This document shows, piece by piece, positions 12,542 through 25,900 of a stretch of DNA of 64,000 nucleotides. Position 1 is the stretch's first letter; every line of letters begins with the position of its first letter. Origin of the DNA: Tubiluchus corallicola. Taxonomy: Eukaryota > Animalia > Priapulida. Where the stretch lies: the NCBI GenBank assembly GCA_030141605.1, contig JAQGDQ010000074.1, positions 648,972 to 712,971 on the forward strand. Direction: 5' to 3'. Under the pieces are notes generated by a model. That model did no database searches. It saw only the letters and a list, made by a program, of their open reading frames with translations, and was not told the DNA's origin. Position numbers and translations under genes: made by a program.

Positions 12542-15500
12542 TTATAAACGGATATGATCATCAACAATATTGAAAACGCTTCCTATCCTAAGAAAAAATC
12601 TCCGCAATATATATCCCATTTCTTGTTTAACTTGTTGTCCTACCATTTCACAAAGACTAGGGTAGTAACTGGCAGCATGCTGTTTAAATCTTTCATCTGG
12701 CATTTTTAAGGTACCCGAAAGAAAAAGAAGCAACAAGCTACACCAAGCTTCACGGTGACTTTCTGACTGCAGTGTTAAGAAATAATCCAGTGCATCTTTA
12801 CACACAGTAATGAGCCGAGTTTGTACTTCTTGCCAAGCATCACGTCGTCCATCATCCGTATACATTCTGTATAAGATTCGAAGAGCGCAGGCCAAGCTGT
12901 TTGTTTCTTGTTTCAACAAATTTGGCTTTACCTTGCCCTTAAATCCAGCTTTCCACAGCAGATTTCTCTGCTCTTGATTAGAGTTAAAAGCCTTGGCAAA
13001 CTTGTGTGATTCCATTAGACAGTCCAGCAGGCGAAACAGTTGCTTGGAGGTTAGATAGGAGTACATTCCCTGTTCCTCCTGCTGACAATCAGATTGGGCA
13101 AAGGGAGTTTCTACCAAGCCAGCTTGAGCTGCAGCCAAATTTTCAGCATCCTCCTTACGGCTTGTAGCAGGATAAAAAATCACGTTATCGATAGTCTGAA
13201 TCAACTCAAGCTGTACAACGCATTTAATCAAAAGTGCAGAAAACAATTTATGATCACTGCCTTGTTTTATCATCCTGCCATGACGAATGAATTCATGTTC
13301 CATTGAAATGGCTTCACTGCTCTTCCTATCACTAGTCAGTTCTTGGACATTAGTCAAATTTGCTGTAGGTGAGTCTGGCATTTTAATGTATCCATCAGTT
13401 TCACCAGGTTTCCAGGTCAGCAAAGCTGCAGGTAAGGTTTTATTGAATATGTCTAACATAAGGTCACAGGTTTTGTCCCAAGTCGATATGTCAAACTGAT
13501 AACCTGTCGAAATGACCAAGTTTTCCAAACAGTTGGTTCCGGATCGTGCAAGTTGCTCATTGTCTTGCTGAACACACCAAAAAAGCTGAGCATATAAATC
13601 ATCCAAAAGGACATCATTTAAAATGGAAAAATATTGTGTGAAAACATCAACTATTGCATAAAGTGCGTGATTGCATGTGGTAGTCATCCATTCAGATTTC
13701 TCACTCTGTTGCTCGGGTAATTTCATATTATCAAATATGCGAAACAGGACTCTGAAGATATCTCGCCACCAGTGCTCTTTGAATGCTTCACCATAGGTCT
13801 TCATGATTTCAAACATGACAGTCAAACCGCGGGTTCGTACATCAAGACCGCATCTATTGATAACGCAAGACAACTCGAACATAACTGGAAACCAACCTTT
13901 TACCCATACTCTGTCATCTTCAGATATGTGCAAGCCCTCTCCAGTGTGTTCACGAAACATTTGAGGCTTTTCAGCAACATACTTAGCACAGTTGCGAATC
14001 AGACGAATAGCTTCCATACTAGTGTCCGGAAAAGCTGCATTACATGCAAATTCTGACAGACATTTCACTGCATCTTGAAATGAATCAATCATGGCAGCAA
14101 AGTATTTTTCAAAGACCGAAGATATTATCTTTCCCATGGTTTGGAATGCCAGTTCAACAATACTTTCGTCATGATCAGATGCTGCCAAGTGAAATACACT
14201 GAAAATATTTTTCCAACCAGACTTTATGTTGTGAGCTTGAGAATTAACCATTTGCGCAACACATCTTACAACCATATCTCTAATTGTCGGAGACTTGTTC
14301 CTTTTCATTATGTGTTCAAAGGGTCGTAAAAAGTCTTTCTGGAAACGAAAGTTGGCAAATTCTCCTTTCTCTATGAATTTCATTGAAAGTTGACGAAGGG
14401 AGTCTACTGCGAAGAAAGCTATATCCTCATTCAGATTACACCCTACTTTATTGAAATGGTCACCAAGTATCTGCCAAATTCGTGACCACTGTAATCGAAT
14501 TCGCCCCATGTTGTAATAAGAGATTTCCACAATTTTTTGTAGACTAAACATACGAGGATGTGATGATGATGACAACTCCTCTTCAGAAACATGACACAAA
14601 GCTGTGACAAAATAAACTATTGCATCACCATCAAGCCTCGTTGAACCAGTAAATATTCTGTCAACTGCAACAACCACGCTTTGGGAACTAGTCTCCCCCA
14701 TTGATTCTTGAAGACTTGCCATGCGCTTTTGATCCATTTTAGGTACAGGTACCATCAAGCCATCTTCATTTTGATGGGCTTTATCACTGTGACCATGTTT
14801 TGCATTCCCAGAAATAAACCTGGTTCTTGCACCTGTCCCAATAAGCTGAGCTAGTTCCAGTTGAGAAATACATTTTAATATCTCCAACCAAGACTTTCCC
14901 AGATAATTACCATCAGTTTGTGCAACTGCAATTAGAGTCTTAATTGTATCAATATTTTTTGCTTTCATTTCAGTAATCTGTGAGTTAGCTGTAAGTAAGG
15001 TGAATCTAGACAATGCCTGTGTGTATGCATCTCTTTCTAGCTCCATTTCAAAGATGCAGGAAATTCTAATTGCACATCTCAGGCCATCTAGACACAGTGA
15101 AGCAATCTTCGTGTCATCACAATCTTGTAAACCTACACTATATGCGGCTAAAAAAGGCGTCCAAGCAACTTTGAACATAGGCCGTACATGAGCAAGATGT
15201 GTAGCTGATGTGAAAGGTGATTCCACATGACTGACACTTTCCATCAAAGCTTTAGCAGTCAATGCCATCTGCTCCATTTCCATATTGTAGATTAACTTGC
15301 GCTGCTTTTCACTGGACACATTATGTGTTCCTTTCCTGGATGGTTTACTGCCAGTTGGTTTCATTGTTATTTCTGCTCCTGCAATCTCGTCATAAATTTG
15401 CGACAGGTATTCCTCTGGGAGGTCCTTGCTATCATTAATTCCTCTGTTCATCTTAATATATTGCTCCTTGGTCATTTTGTGCTTAACTTGTGGGCTCCAC

Positions 15501-17800
15501 AAATCAGTTGCTAGCATTATAATCGAATATGCCAACACATAAGCAGTGTCTGCACTGGCAAATATGCCCATAGTAGAGTTAGATTCACAGTATCTAGCGG
15601 CAAACTTCTCCATGAATCTATCTATTTTCTGGGCCTCACCTGGAAGTCGAAAACCCTCCAAGAATGTTCGAAGTGCAGAAACAAAATCCTTTCCTGTAAA
15701 ATTCATTTGGTCCACGTAGCAATACATTACTTCTTTATTTAACTTTTCATTCTCACCCATGTAATCTCCTACGACAGTTTTATCAAGCCTTTCTTCACTG
15801 TGAAAAAAAGCTGCTATGTCATCAGGAGAGGTACCAATTACTTCTTGCTTCATCAAAAAATCAACCCCCTTTTTGGGATGCTTATTGAACATATCTATGC
15901 CTTGTTCAAGAATTCCTTTCTGTTGTTTAATCGTTTCAAATTGTTCGGGGTTGTCAAGAACAGCGTTCAAATTAGCATTTGATCCTCCTGCATTTTGAGA
16001 GCTCAAGGAATTACTGCTACTTGTGCCTGATATACTTTTTGACTGATCTATATCCTTGTGATCAGCAATGTCTCTACGTCCTTCCTGACCAAGGTAAGTT
16101 TGAGAACTAGGATTGACATACAGATCTTTGGACCACTCAACCATGCACTTCAGTATGGACACTAAACATTCTAATGATTTAACACGCATTGCTTTTTCTT
16201 GGTTAGGTGTTGCACCTAATTCTACACCACGGGCAATTTTTGAGAGATCGTTTACCAAGCGCTCAAAAATATTAGCAAGCGCCATATCACAGTCATAGTT
16301 AATGTAAATGTCCACTACACTCTGTGCATCTGCACAAATTCTTGTTAGTGCCTGGATAACCATCCACTTGTGCTGGAAAGAGCTGCTGGAGGTCTCCAAA
16401 ATGCTTAGGAAAATCTCTTTAAAGAAAACCTCAATTTGCATTTTTAGGTGGGCTTTAAAACTATATAAAAGTGTCACAAAAATGGCAAGAGAAAGCTCAA
16501 ATATTTCTGGAACAGAGGAGACACCATTCTTTGATAGCGCAACACAAAGATACTGCTTAATGGCATTAATAAACATTTCATTTTGCTGAAATACCGGACC
16601 TGCATTCTGCAGAATAGAGAGAAGCAGTTGCAAAGAAAGTATCTTTGATCGCAACTCATGAGATTTATGGTCTACTGGGCCTTCTGGCAATGGCTTCATA
16701 CTAAGCTTGCACAAAGAACGAAAAACAAGAAATGCATCCTTTTGCAGAATGTGTGAAAAGTTTGCATGAATTTGTTCATGCATATCGCTACCATCGACAG
16801 AAACAGTGTCTTCTGATCCTAAGGCTGAAACATAGTCTGGTGTCCCTAGCTTGGTGGCACTGGAGTTAGGAGAAACATTCGAGTTCTCTTCAACATGCAT
16901 GCCAAGCTGATTTGGAACTATCAGATCGATAGAACTTGATGCTGATTCTACAGCATTAACTACCAAATCCTGTATAATTGTTCCCACAATATTTTCCACA
17001 GTCTCGTCTTTAAACTCTTCTTTTGAAGTCATTTTAACAGAAGCATAATTTTTATCACCTATGACTTCATCTTCTTGGGCTAAAATCCCATTACTCAATT
17101 GTGCTTGGACAGGCTCATCAATAACTTGCTTCTGTTTTTCTTCACTTTCCAGCTTTTCCTTCACATCTGCTACAGCCTGATTCTCCATCCGTGCAAAGAT
17201 GACATTGAGCATCTGTGTGAGAGTTGCTTTCGCAGTAGTTTGGTTAATAAGATTTTTACTAGCAAGATAAATGTTATAACATGTACGAACTGCTTGCAAT
17301 ATGGAGCCCTCGTGTATTTCACAGTTAGTAGAAGTAACAGCTGTCAAAAGCGCCTTGATGATTTGAAGCTGTACGCCCTCATCAGTCTGTGTTCCATGAA
17401 AGCAACTACATATTGTCTCAACAATCCTATCAATAAGAAGTTGTTCAGGATTCAGGCTGTCTGGTGAACTGCCAACCAAATGCCCATATGCTATTAGTTT
17501 TTGTAGACAGTCAAGAGCTGTAACTACTATCCGAGGGCATTTTGAACGACAAGCAAGCTCAAACGGCAAAAAGTATTTGTCAGCTGCAACAAATGTAGTG
17601 TTGCTTCCCTTAGGCATGGGCAAGTAATCAGAAGAGTTGACTGAACCATCAACCCGAATTTCTCGTTTGATCTCCTCCAAAGCATCTTCACAAGCCTTCT
17701 TTAGTTGAGAATGGTAAGACCGCTTTATCTCCTTGTCTGCCAGTATCTTTTCCAAGGCTCTTGTGATAAACATGTCTTTGGTTCTCCGGGTTTCCTTCAT
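12542..17800 (-). CDS. ARFGEF1: Brefeldin A-inhibited Arf guanine-nucleotide exchange factor BIG1/BIG2 (Sec71), single coding exon, about 1752 aa
   Basis: Uninterrupted ORF with DCB ([17 protein letters not shown]), HUS box (YINYDCD), Sec7 domain ([18 protein letters not shown], catalytic Glu present) and HDS domains through to the C-terminus. The likely start is ATG at 17800 ([11 protein letters not shown]), not the TTG at 17821; a splice acceptor TTTAG|GG precedes it. Co-orthologous to vertebrate ARFGEF1/2. Confidence 0.96.
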   Translation of the reverse strand: MKETRRTKDMFITRALEKILADKEIKRSYHSQLKKACEDALEEIKREIRVDGSVNSSDYLPMPKGSNTTFVAADKYFLPFELACRSKCPRIVVTALDCLQKLIAYGHLVGSSPDSLNPEQLLIDRIVETICSCFHGTQTDEGVQLQIIKALLTAVTSTNCEIHEGSILQAVRTCYNIYLASKNLINQTTAKATLTQMLNVIFARMENQAVADVKEKLESEEKQKQVIDEPVQAQLSNGILAQEDEVIGDKNYASVKMTSKEEFKDETVENIVGTIIQDLVVNAVESASSSIDLIVPNQLGMHVEENSNVSPNSSATKLGTPDYVSALGSEDTVSVDGSDMHEQIHANFSHILQKDAFLVFRSLCKLSMKPLPEGPVDHKSHELRSKILSLQLLLSILQNAGPVFQQNEMFINAIKQYLCVALSKNGVSSVPEIFELSLAIFVTLLYSFKAHLKMQIEVFFKEIFLSILETSSSSFQHKWMVIQALTRICADAQSVVDIYINYDCDMALANIFERLVNDLSKIARGVELGATPNQEKAMRVKSLECLVSILKCMVEWSKDLYVNPSSQTYLGQEGRRDIADHKDIDQSKSISGTSSSNSLSSQNAGGSNANLNAVLDNPEQFETIKQQKGILEQGIDMFNKHPKKGVDFLMKQEVIGTSPDDIAAFFHSEERLDKTVVGDYMGENEKLNKEVMYCYVDQMNFTGKDFVSALRTFLEGFRLPGEAQKIDRFMEKFAARYCESNSTMGIFASADTAYVLAYSIIMLATDLWSPQVKHKMTKEQYIKMNRGINDSKDLPEEYLSQIYDEIAGAEITMKPTGSKPSRKGTHNVSSEKQRKLIYNMEMEQMALTAKALMESVSHVESPFTSATHLAHVRPMFKVAWTPFLAAYSVGLQDCDDTKIASLCLDGLRCAIRISCIFEMELERDAYTQALSRFTLLTANSQITEMKAKNIDTIKTLIAVAQTDGNYLGKSWLEILKCISQLELAQLIGTGARTRFISGNAKHGHSDKAHQNEDGLMVPVPKMDQKRMASLQESMGETSSQSVVVAVDRIFTGSTRLDGDAIVYFVTALCHVSEEELSSSSHPRMFSLQKIVEISYYNMGRIRLQWSRIWQILGDHFNKVGCNLNEDIAFFAVDSLRQLSMKFIEKGEFANFRFQKDFLRPFEHIMKRNKSPTIRDMVVRCVAQMVNSQAHNIKSGWKNIFSVFHLAASDHDESIVELAFQTMGKIISSVFEKYFAAMIDSFQDAVKCLSEFACNAAFPDTSMEAIRLIRNCAKYVAEKPQMFREHTGEGLHISEDDRVWVKGWFPVMFELSCVINRCGLDVRTRGLTVMFEIMKTYGEAFKEHWWRDIFRVLFRIFDNMKLPEQQSEKSEWMTTTCNHALYAIVDVFTQYFSILNDVLLDDLYAQLFWCVQQDNEQLARSGTNCLENLVISTGYQFDISTWDKTCDLMLDIFNKTLPAALLTWKPGETDGYIKMPDSPTANLTNVQELTSDRKSSEAISMEHEFIRHGRMIKQGSDHKLFSALLIKCVVQLELIQTIDNVIFYPATSRKEDAENLAAAQAGLVETPFAQSDCQQEEQGMYSYLTSKQLFRLLDCLMESHKFAKAFNSNQEQRNLLWKAGFKGKVKPNLLKQETNSLACALRILYRMYTDDGRRDAWQEVQTRLITVCKDALDYFLTLQSESHREAWCSLLLLFLSGTLKMPDERFKQHAASYYPSLCEMVGQQVKQEMGYILRRFFLRIGSVFNIVDDHIRL

Positions 17801-19528
17801 CCCTAAACAAAGAAGTGCCAAAAATTAGAAATGGGATTATTTGAAAAGAAACCGGCATAAACCAAATTAATTCAAAAGAAATAAATACACGAGAAAAAAT
17901 TTCAAATTATGGATTCTATTCAAATGGTAACATAAAAAATTACATCAAATAGATTTTGTTTATTCAGCTTGCAAGGTACAACGCTAAAAAATTCGAGTGC
18001 CTTGTGAGTCTGATCAATAACTAGATCTTCCTGGTGTTGATTTGAGTCCTACGAGTCTAACCCATAGCTACATCTTCATCACGTTTCCACTGAACTTAAA
18101 CAGACTTAGGCCACATTTCCACTGCTTTCGCACAGACTTCTGTACGCATATTCTACATCCGCAAAAGCTGCTTTCATTGAGACAGTACTTGCTCTTTCGC
18201 GTTCCATACAAAATTTCATAAATGTGGCAAAGTTTGGGACTTTCCAAGAAAAATAACAATTTTATTTAGCTTTGTTGGTTAAAAAATGGGCAAATAGGCA
18301 ATACTGCAAGCGATAACATTGTCTTTGGGTCCAAAAAGTGTGAATACCTAGACGAATATTATCACACTGATTAGAAATATTATATTCTCACAACAAAAAA
18401 AACCAGCTTTTATATCAATATTTCGTCGCTTCATCATAACTGTAGAACTGGTAATGCAATGAAATTAATTTTCACAGAGAAATATTATTTTAGGAGCAAT
18501 GTGCAAAATTCAGACATTTTATGAAATTCATAGGGATTTCATATAACATATGTATTTCAGGAACAGTGCAAAATAGACAATTTTCTTGTGGCACTTTCAT
18601 CTTTACTTAGGCGTTTTGTATAATAACTAGAATCAGATAATGTCGGAAAAGGACCGGTTGTTCAGAAATCTAAGTCTAAGAATAGTCAAACAGGACCTAG
18701 CACAAAAGAGGTGATGTATAACTTCACCACAACAGCATTTTTTTATTTCCAGAATCACAATGTTTTGGCAGCTTCTTCCGGCACTTTCAAGTGCCGGAAA
18801 AACTTTAAAAGGACTATCTGGTGATTTTAATAGTCCAGATATTTAAAACCCCCAGAATTTTTGACTGGCGTTGCCTACCTTTGAGGGCAGATTTCCTTTA
18901 TTTTAGAGCTGTACCTAACAGTTCACTAAAACAGATGTAATGAGCATATGATGAGTTTTCATTATTGCAGAATTACTGTCAACTGTGTTGCTCAGGCAGG
19001 CAATTGTGTAATATTTCTTCGTGAAAATCACTACTGTCTTATCAATCTGCCATAATTTGATTTAAAGCTGCATAGATTCGAATAAGACACGGTTTAAAAA
19101 AACACCTAAAAAATCAGCATTCAGGTTTGATTTCATTTCAAAAATTATTTTAAACTGTGATTAGGATTTAATCCAGATTCGAAAATTATTATAAAATGAG
19201 ATTCCTATATGATTCGGATTCAGTAATTTCAGATTCGCGACATCCTTACGGGGACTATATCGAATTTTATGACAATAACACAGCAACGCATTCAATAGTT
19301 TACTATAAATTTTAAAAAAATGCCTTGAATAAGGAATCACAAAAACCAACCAAAATTAATAGACACTAAATAAAAGCAGTACCAGAATTTCATTATATTT
19401 TGCCAGAATCAAATCTAAGCAGATTCTCGCTGTGACATTTCACAAGAATTCAGAGAATCAATGTCTAAATTGCACAGTTCAAGTACAATGAATTATAATA
19501 AGTGAAACAGTGAAAAGTGAATTTCAAC

Positions 19529-19604
19529 TAAAGTGATTTATTACAAGAATTAATCACTGTCAATTTCAATTAAAGTGATTTATTACAAGAATTAATCACT
19601 GTCA
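19529..19604. repeat. 42-bp tandem duplication
   Basis: TAAAGTGATTTATTACAAGAATTAATCACTGTCA occurs twice with a 42-bp period. Confidence 0.8.
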
Positions 19605-22092
19605 GTGCTAACTTATTTTCCAGAATGTTACCTAACATTTTCTGATTTAGACTAAGCCATTGCTGGGCGGGGGGGGGGGGTCTAAACCTGGTTGCAGAAG
19701 ATTTACCTGTTTTGTACATTTGTGTAGTCAATTTTATTTTTCCAATTAGACGTGTAGACGTCAAGCATACAATACCATCTTCATTTGTAAACTGACAAAT
19801 GTTACTCAATCTTATATTCTGTGAACCAGCTTTATAATCAGTTATCCTGTTTAACAATTACTGTCTATAACAATTACTTCTAACCAAGCTAACCTGAAAT
19901 CTGCAGCCGCACACCGTCTCTTGGTAGACAGCGACTCTGACATAGTGGCAAAAGTACAGCAGCTAGTGTTTGCACAACTTATCCAGGCCTGGTATTTATT
20001 ATCCTGCAACTACCTGGGTGGCAGAAACCACACATTAAAAGAATGTGGGTAAAGCGCACCCTAGTTTAACCTGCTACAACCATGTACTGTTGCTGTGCTA
20101 TACTGATGACTCACAATGATTCATTTGTCCGTGTTTCCCAATTACTGCAGAGCAGACAGCATACATGTGCGAGCACTTATCCACATGTAGTTTATTAAGT
20201 AACAATTTTTGTTATTTTCACGCAGACTTTACTGCATAAATGCGAAGAGTGTTAATGTTTTGCTGCTTATCTGGGCTTAGTGCATACAAAATTTTTTTCT
20301 TTGTGTGACAGCAAAATTTTTATGTGCGCGCACGCTAAAAGGGAGCAATGCTCTAAGCCATCTAGAATTTTGTTAATTTTTCCTTCTGTCAAGTGAACAA
20401 CAATCATTATTTCCTTCATCAAGAAATGTGTCACAAACATTTGAAACAAGAATTGCTCTACATTTATGCAAAATGTGAAAAATTTTACTATTAAGTTGAC
20501 AAATGGGCTGTTTCCAAACTTTACACTGTCTGCCTCGAGTGTGCACTTTTGCTGGCTTAACAAAGAGCATAGAACCCTATGATTTTTATGTTCAACTCTG
20601 AATGAAAAGTGCAGTGCATCATAGACACTTGGGAAGCAACTTTATAAATAAAGTAGCAAGAGTAATACGGCAATGTATGCTGTACGTGCTAGTACATGGC
20701 AAAGAGCGAAAAAAACAGATTAGCTCTAGTATTTCTTTATTTTTTTAACTTTCAGTTAGATTCACGGTAATGAGCATTGGTGCAAAAGTTTAGGCAAATG
20801 GATTCAGAGATTTGGAAATTATAGCAAAAACTACTTTCATTAATGACCTGGAAAGCTGTTTCAAACCACAGCTGCACTGTGAAATTTCTGTGGTTGTATC
20901 TAGAATCACTTATTTTAGGGGAAAAGTCAAATTCTGCGGGGTGTATGATTTATATTCCTCACTTATTATGAAAATTTACTTTTTCATCTGCAGGAAAAAC
21001 GTTTAGCAATTAAAGTGGCAATCAGAGTGTGTAAATGGCAATTCATGCAAATGCAATGGAAATGACAAACACGAACAACAATGGTTTGCAGAATCATGCT
21101 ACTGAGTGAATTTTTTCCATGCAAGCCATTGAGAAAATGTCCGTGTCTGTATGGGTCTGTGCATACGCAATTGAAGCACGGCTTTAAACTGTAACTGTCA
21201 CATTACTCAACTAGCAAAATGTTCATTCAGTCACATCAGGCATCGTACTAAACTTGATCGAAGGTAATATAGTCTAATAAAACTATTAATTAAAGTCTAA
21301 AGTAAAGACTAATAACTTGATCTACATCGTATGGTTAGTATGGAAACGAAAACAAGCAGGTTTTCTTATTTTTGCCAAGTATTGCTAGCATGATTCGTGC
21401 CGCGTAAAAGAGTTAAAACAGGCACATATGCAATCAATCTATCTAAACCAGAGCACAACCATGTCAGTCCGGTACGCCTAAGTAACAGAAGTATCACAGC
21501 TCAAGGTATGGACAAAAATGCCAAGAGTAGCATTACCGTGTCACATGTCGTTATAGAAATCTTGCATTCAACAGTTCAGTGTTTTGTCTGTCTTCATAAT
21601 ATCATCTCTCAAAATAATTGCAAAAAAATTATATTGATGACGTTCACTACTCCAACAAACTACCATCAAAGATTTATCATCGACATCTTCCTGGCACAAT
21701 TAACCTATAATAATTTCGTGAACTCGATTCCCAGATAAGCGCACCGTAACGACCAAGCTACAAGACGCTGCTATCATGGCCACAGTGAAGAGATATCCTG
21801 ACCACGGTACTGCATTACAGCAATGCTGTGCTTGTGGTTTTTCCAGCCACGCACAATCGCACACCTGGCAGATTAAAAGCAGAACACGTTATCAAAATTA
21901 GTTGCGATTAAATTTGTCTGAACAAGGAAGCCATGACTAACCTAACTTGAACAATTTTCTGTTAACAATAAGAACTTAGTAATAATTATAATTGTATCCA
22001 GTTACTCCAGTATTAGTAGCTCAGTAGACGTCAGGTCTAATGCCCTGATGAGTGCTAATATTCATAATCATAATCAATTTATTTCACTCCAG

Positions 22093-22094
<2 letters not shown>

Positions 22095-22152
<58 letters not shown>
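22095..22152. repeat. (TA)n microsatellite
   Basis: About 29 TA units. Confidence 0.95.
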
Positions 22153-22154
<2 letters not shown>

Positions 22155-22972
22155 TTTATTTAGGTGTAAAATTACATTAAAGCAAGAAATGGAGACATTT
22201 AGTAATAAAATCAAACTTTATGTTAACGTCACCTTGGGGCATTAATTTCTCCCTTGTGACTCAAACTTAAACAATCGTCATTAGCATGGCCGGTTTATGA
22301 CGTTTTGGGGTCCACAGGCTAATGAAATTATGGGATTCAGAAATAGCCACCGTCTAAGTTGCCCTCATCGTCTTGGATATTTTTTCTCACGATATAATTT
22401 AGTGACATTTACATAGCTTGATAGCTTACATAGTAGGGTATTTATTCATGACATTATCTTCTTCCTGGCGGTGTATTTATTGATATTATCTGACTGAATT
22501 CCTGCAATAAGTTATTTCAGGCATATAAATGAAGTAGATTAGATATTTTACTGATCCCATATATGAGCTTCATTCTTTACATCATTCCATTTTAAGCACT
22601 AATGTTTTTTTTATCACGATTCACTTTAAAATTTCAGATTATCTCCACGACTTTTTTTCTATCACTGTGTGGGACAATCTAACAAGCCCTGCTTTTTGAT
22701 TGCCTGCAACACATTTACCTTCGCATATAAGTGAACAGTGTTTGAGGCTTCTCCTGTGCAGTATTTCTTATTTGTATTATATCCATTGTAGGCCCTTTCA
22801 CTAGATATTGTACATGAAACTAATGTAAATGTGTAAGGTGAAATAAATGACTTATGACTGTGTGAACAGTTTACTTATGTTGAGTCAAGAATGTTCTTAT
22901 TTGAGTTTTGTTAATTTTCATTAGAAATCAGAACATTTTAAGTGAGTGGTGCATCTTCATAGGGATCTTTAC

Positions 22973-25900
22973 TCTGGGGGTAGATGGGGCTCCTTAGCCT
23001 TGGTCAGCAATCCCTCTAGGTGAAGGAAAACCCTGATCACAAATCTCCACTGCGTTGTGGCTATACCCTCCGTGAGAAAGGCGAACCAGCAAGTGCGGAT
23101 TACACTCAAGCTGCAGTCACAAACCTACACACAGGCGGCTCAGGGCATGTGGTCGCTCTCAACTGACCGAGGCAGCAGCGGAGTTCGGCAGCTTAGGAAT
23201 GCTCTGCTCACCCCCGTAGCATGGGGAGCAAACTAGAAAAGGTGTCCCAAACATAGCCTGCCTCAACACTTTCCTGGTCCAGCAAGCCGCCGCTGGCGGG
23301 AAATCCCATCTGTGCGGTCGAAAGAACAAGACAAAAAATAACACTAACACTGGGTGCCTGGAATGTCAGGACATTACTCAACAATGGCAACACCAACAGA
23401 CCTGAAAAAAGAACTGCTCTTATAGCAAAAGAATTACAAAGATACAAAATTGACATAGCTGCCCTCAGCGAAACACGCCTTGCAGAGAAAGGACAACTCT
23501 CTGAAGCTGGCAGCGGATACACTTTCTTTTGGAGTGGGAGACCATCAGGCGAGAAAAGAGAGGCAGGAGTTGGATTTGCAGTCAGAAATGACCTTCTGAA
23601 GAACCTCTTAAAACTTCCAGATGGCATCAACGACCGGCTTATGACTCTCCAACTACCCCTCACGGAAGGGAAGAAAGCTACACTCATAAGTGCATATGCC
23701 CCAACCATGACCAACCCAGATGACGTCAAGGACAAATTTTATGAAGAACTAGATGCTACCATCATAAATGTTCCAACATCAGACAAGCTCATACTACTTG
23801 GAGATTTCAATGTTAGAGTGGGTACAGATCACCAATCATGGGAAGGAGTTATTGGCACACAAGGAGTGGGAAAATGTAACAGCAATGGGATCCTGCTATT
23901 ACAGGCATGTGCAACCCATGAACTCATCATCACAAACACACTATTCCGTCTTCCCAAGCGCAATAAAACAACCTGGATGCATCCAAGATCAAAATATTGG
24001 CACTTGATAGACTACACCATCGTCAGGCAGAAAGGTCGGCAAGATGTGAGGGTGACTAAAGCAATGAGAGGTGCAGAGTGCTGGACAGATCATCATCTTC
24101 TCATATCCAAACTCAGCCTACACATCCAACCTAAAAGGTGACCACAAGGCAAAAAGACCATGATGTTGGGAAACTTCAAAATAAGGTAACTGCTAGCAGC
24201 TTCTCCCAAAGCCTTGACAAAAAGATCTCGGAGACATCTCAAGACGCCGCCACTGTTGACCAGAAATGGGAGCACTTCAGAGACCTGGTCTACTCAACAG
24301 CCCATGAACATCTAGAGGTTACTACTAAAAAACATCAAGACTGGTTTGATGAAAACGATCCTGAAATTATCACTTTGATAGCATCCAAACACCATCTACT
24401 TAGAGTACACCAAAATGACCCCACATCAGAAGCGAAGAGGGCAGCATTCATACATAAACGCAATGAGGTGCAAAGGAAACTCCTTGAAATGCAAGACACC
24501 TGGCTGTCTAGGAAAGCAGAAGAAATACAACACTACGCTGACACCAACAACTCAAAAAAGTTCTATGATGCCCTCAAGTCCATCTATGGTCCACAACCAT
24601 CTGGGACTTCACCACTCCTCAAAGCAGATGGAACAAAGTTGCTAACTGACACGTCTGACATCCTAGAAAGATGGGCAGAACATTTCAACACCGACCATCA
24701 TCCATAAACGCAGAAGCAATAGACCGACTACCCCAAATGGAAATAAATGAATACCTAGATCAACCACCAACACTAGAGGAGATCGTCAAAGCCAATGAAC
24801 AAACCTCCCATGGCAAAGCACCAGGTGCTGATGGAATACCAGCCGAAATCTACAAGCAGGGGGGCAGCAATGCTACAAGAACTTACCGACCTATTCCAGC
24901 TGATGTGGGAGGAAAGCAAACTTCCTCAAGACCTCCGAGATGCTACAGTTGTCCACATTTACAAACAAAAAGGGAACAGGCAGTCACGTGACAACCACAG
25001 AGGTATATCTCTGCTGTCCATAGCGGGTAAGACCCTGGCACGTGTCCTACTAAATCGACTGTTGTTGCACCTGGAGAAAGACCTTCTCCCAGAGAGCCAG
25101 TGTGGCTTTAGAGCAGGCAGAGGAACGGTGGATATGATCTTTGCTGCAAGACAACTTCAAGAGAAGTGCCAAGAACAGAACGTCAGCCTCTTCACAACAT
25201 TCATAGACCTCACCAAGGCTTTTGCTACTGTCAGTAGGAATGGCCTCTGGAAGATCATAGAAAAATATGGATGCCCAAAGAAGTTTATTGATATTGTGCG
25301 GCAGTTTCATGAAGGTATGATGCTCGGAGTCCTAGATGACGGAGACATGTCTGAAGCCTTTGAAGTAACAAATGGTGTAAAACAGGGCTGTGTACTCGCT
25401 CCAACACTCTTCAGCATGATGTTCTCTGCCATGCTACATGATGCTTTTGAAAACACCCACGAAGGCATTAAGATAAAATACAGAACAGATGGCAGCCTCT
25501 TCAACTCCAGGTGCTTGCAAGCTACCACCAAGACCCATGTAACCACAGTCAAAGAATTTCTCTTTGCTGATGATTGCACTCTCAGTGCCACCTCCCAAGA
25601 ACAAATGCAAAGAGAGATGGACCACTTCGCATCAGCCTACAAGAACTACGGCCTAACAATCTCTAAAAGAAAACTGAAGTTATGTACAAACCAGCTCCAG
25701 ACGCCCCACAGGTTCAGCCAAAGATTTTAGTGAATGGTCAAGAACGTATCTCTGTTGACAACTTCACATACCTAGGGAACACCCTTACCACAGCTGCCAA
25801 CATCAATACAGAAATCAATAACAGAATTGCCAAGGCTAGCGCTTCATTTGGAAGACTCCGCTCCAACGTATGGGACAGGAGAGGCATCAGAACCACCACA

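Noticed and set aside
13094-17467. Numerous short + strand ORFs antisense to ARFGEF
   Set aside because: Shadows of the coding strand with no independent motifs.
17801-17821. ORF-track N-terminal extension MALLCLG of ARFGEF
   Set aside because: It starts at TTG inside the polypyrimidine tract and acceptor; the real start is ATG at 17800.
18616-18846. Possible small two-exon + strand gene (ATGTCGGAAAAG...)
   Set aside because: Very short, no recognisable homology, and it overlaps repeat-like palindromes.
20568-21162. Possible MITE with CATAGAACCC ends
   Set aside because: Poor TIR match and no TSD.
23275-23320. Resemblance to the HDV ribozyme (TGGTCCAGC...CGCTGGCG)
   Set aside because: No P1/P1.1/P2 nested double pseudoknot or catalytic C context could be built; reported as a simple pseudoknot instead.
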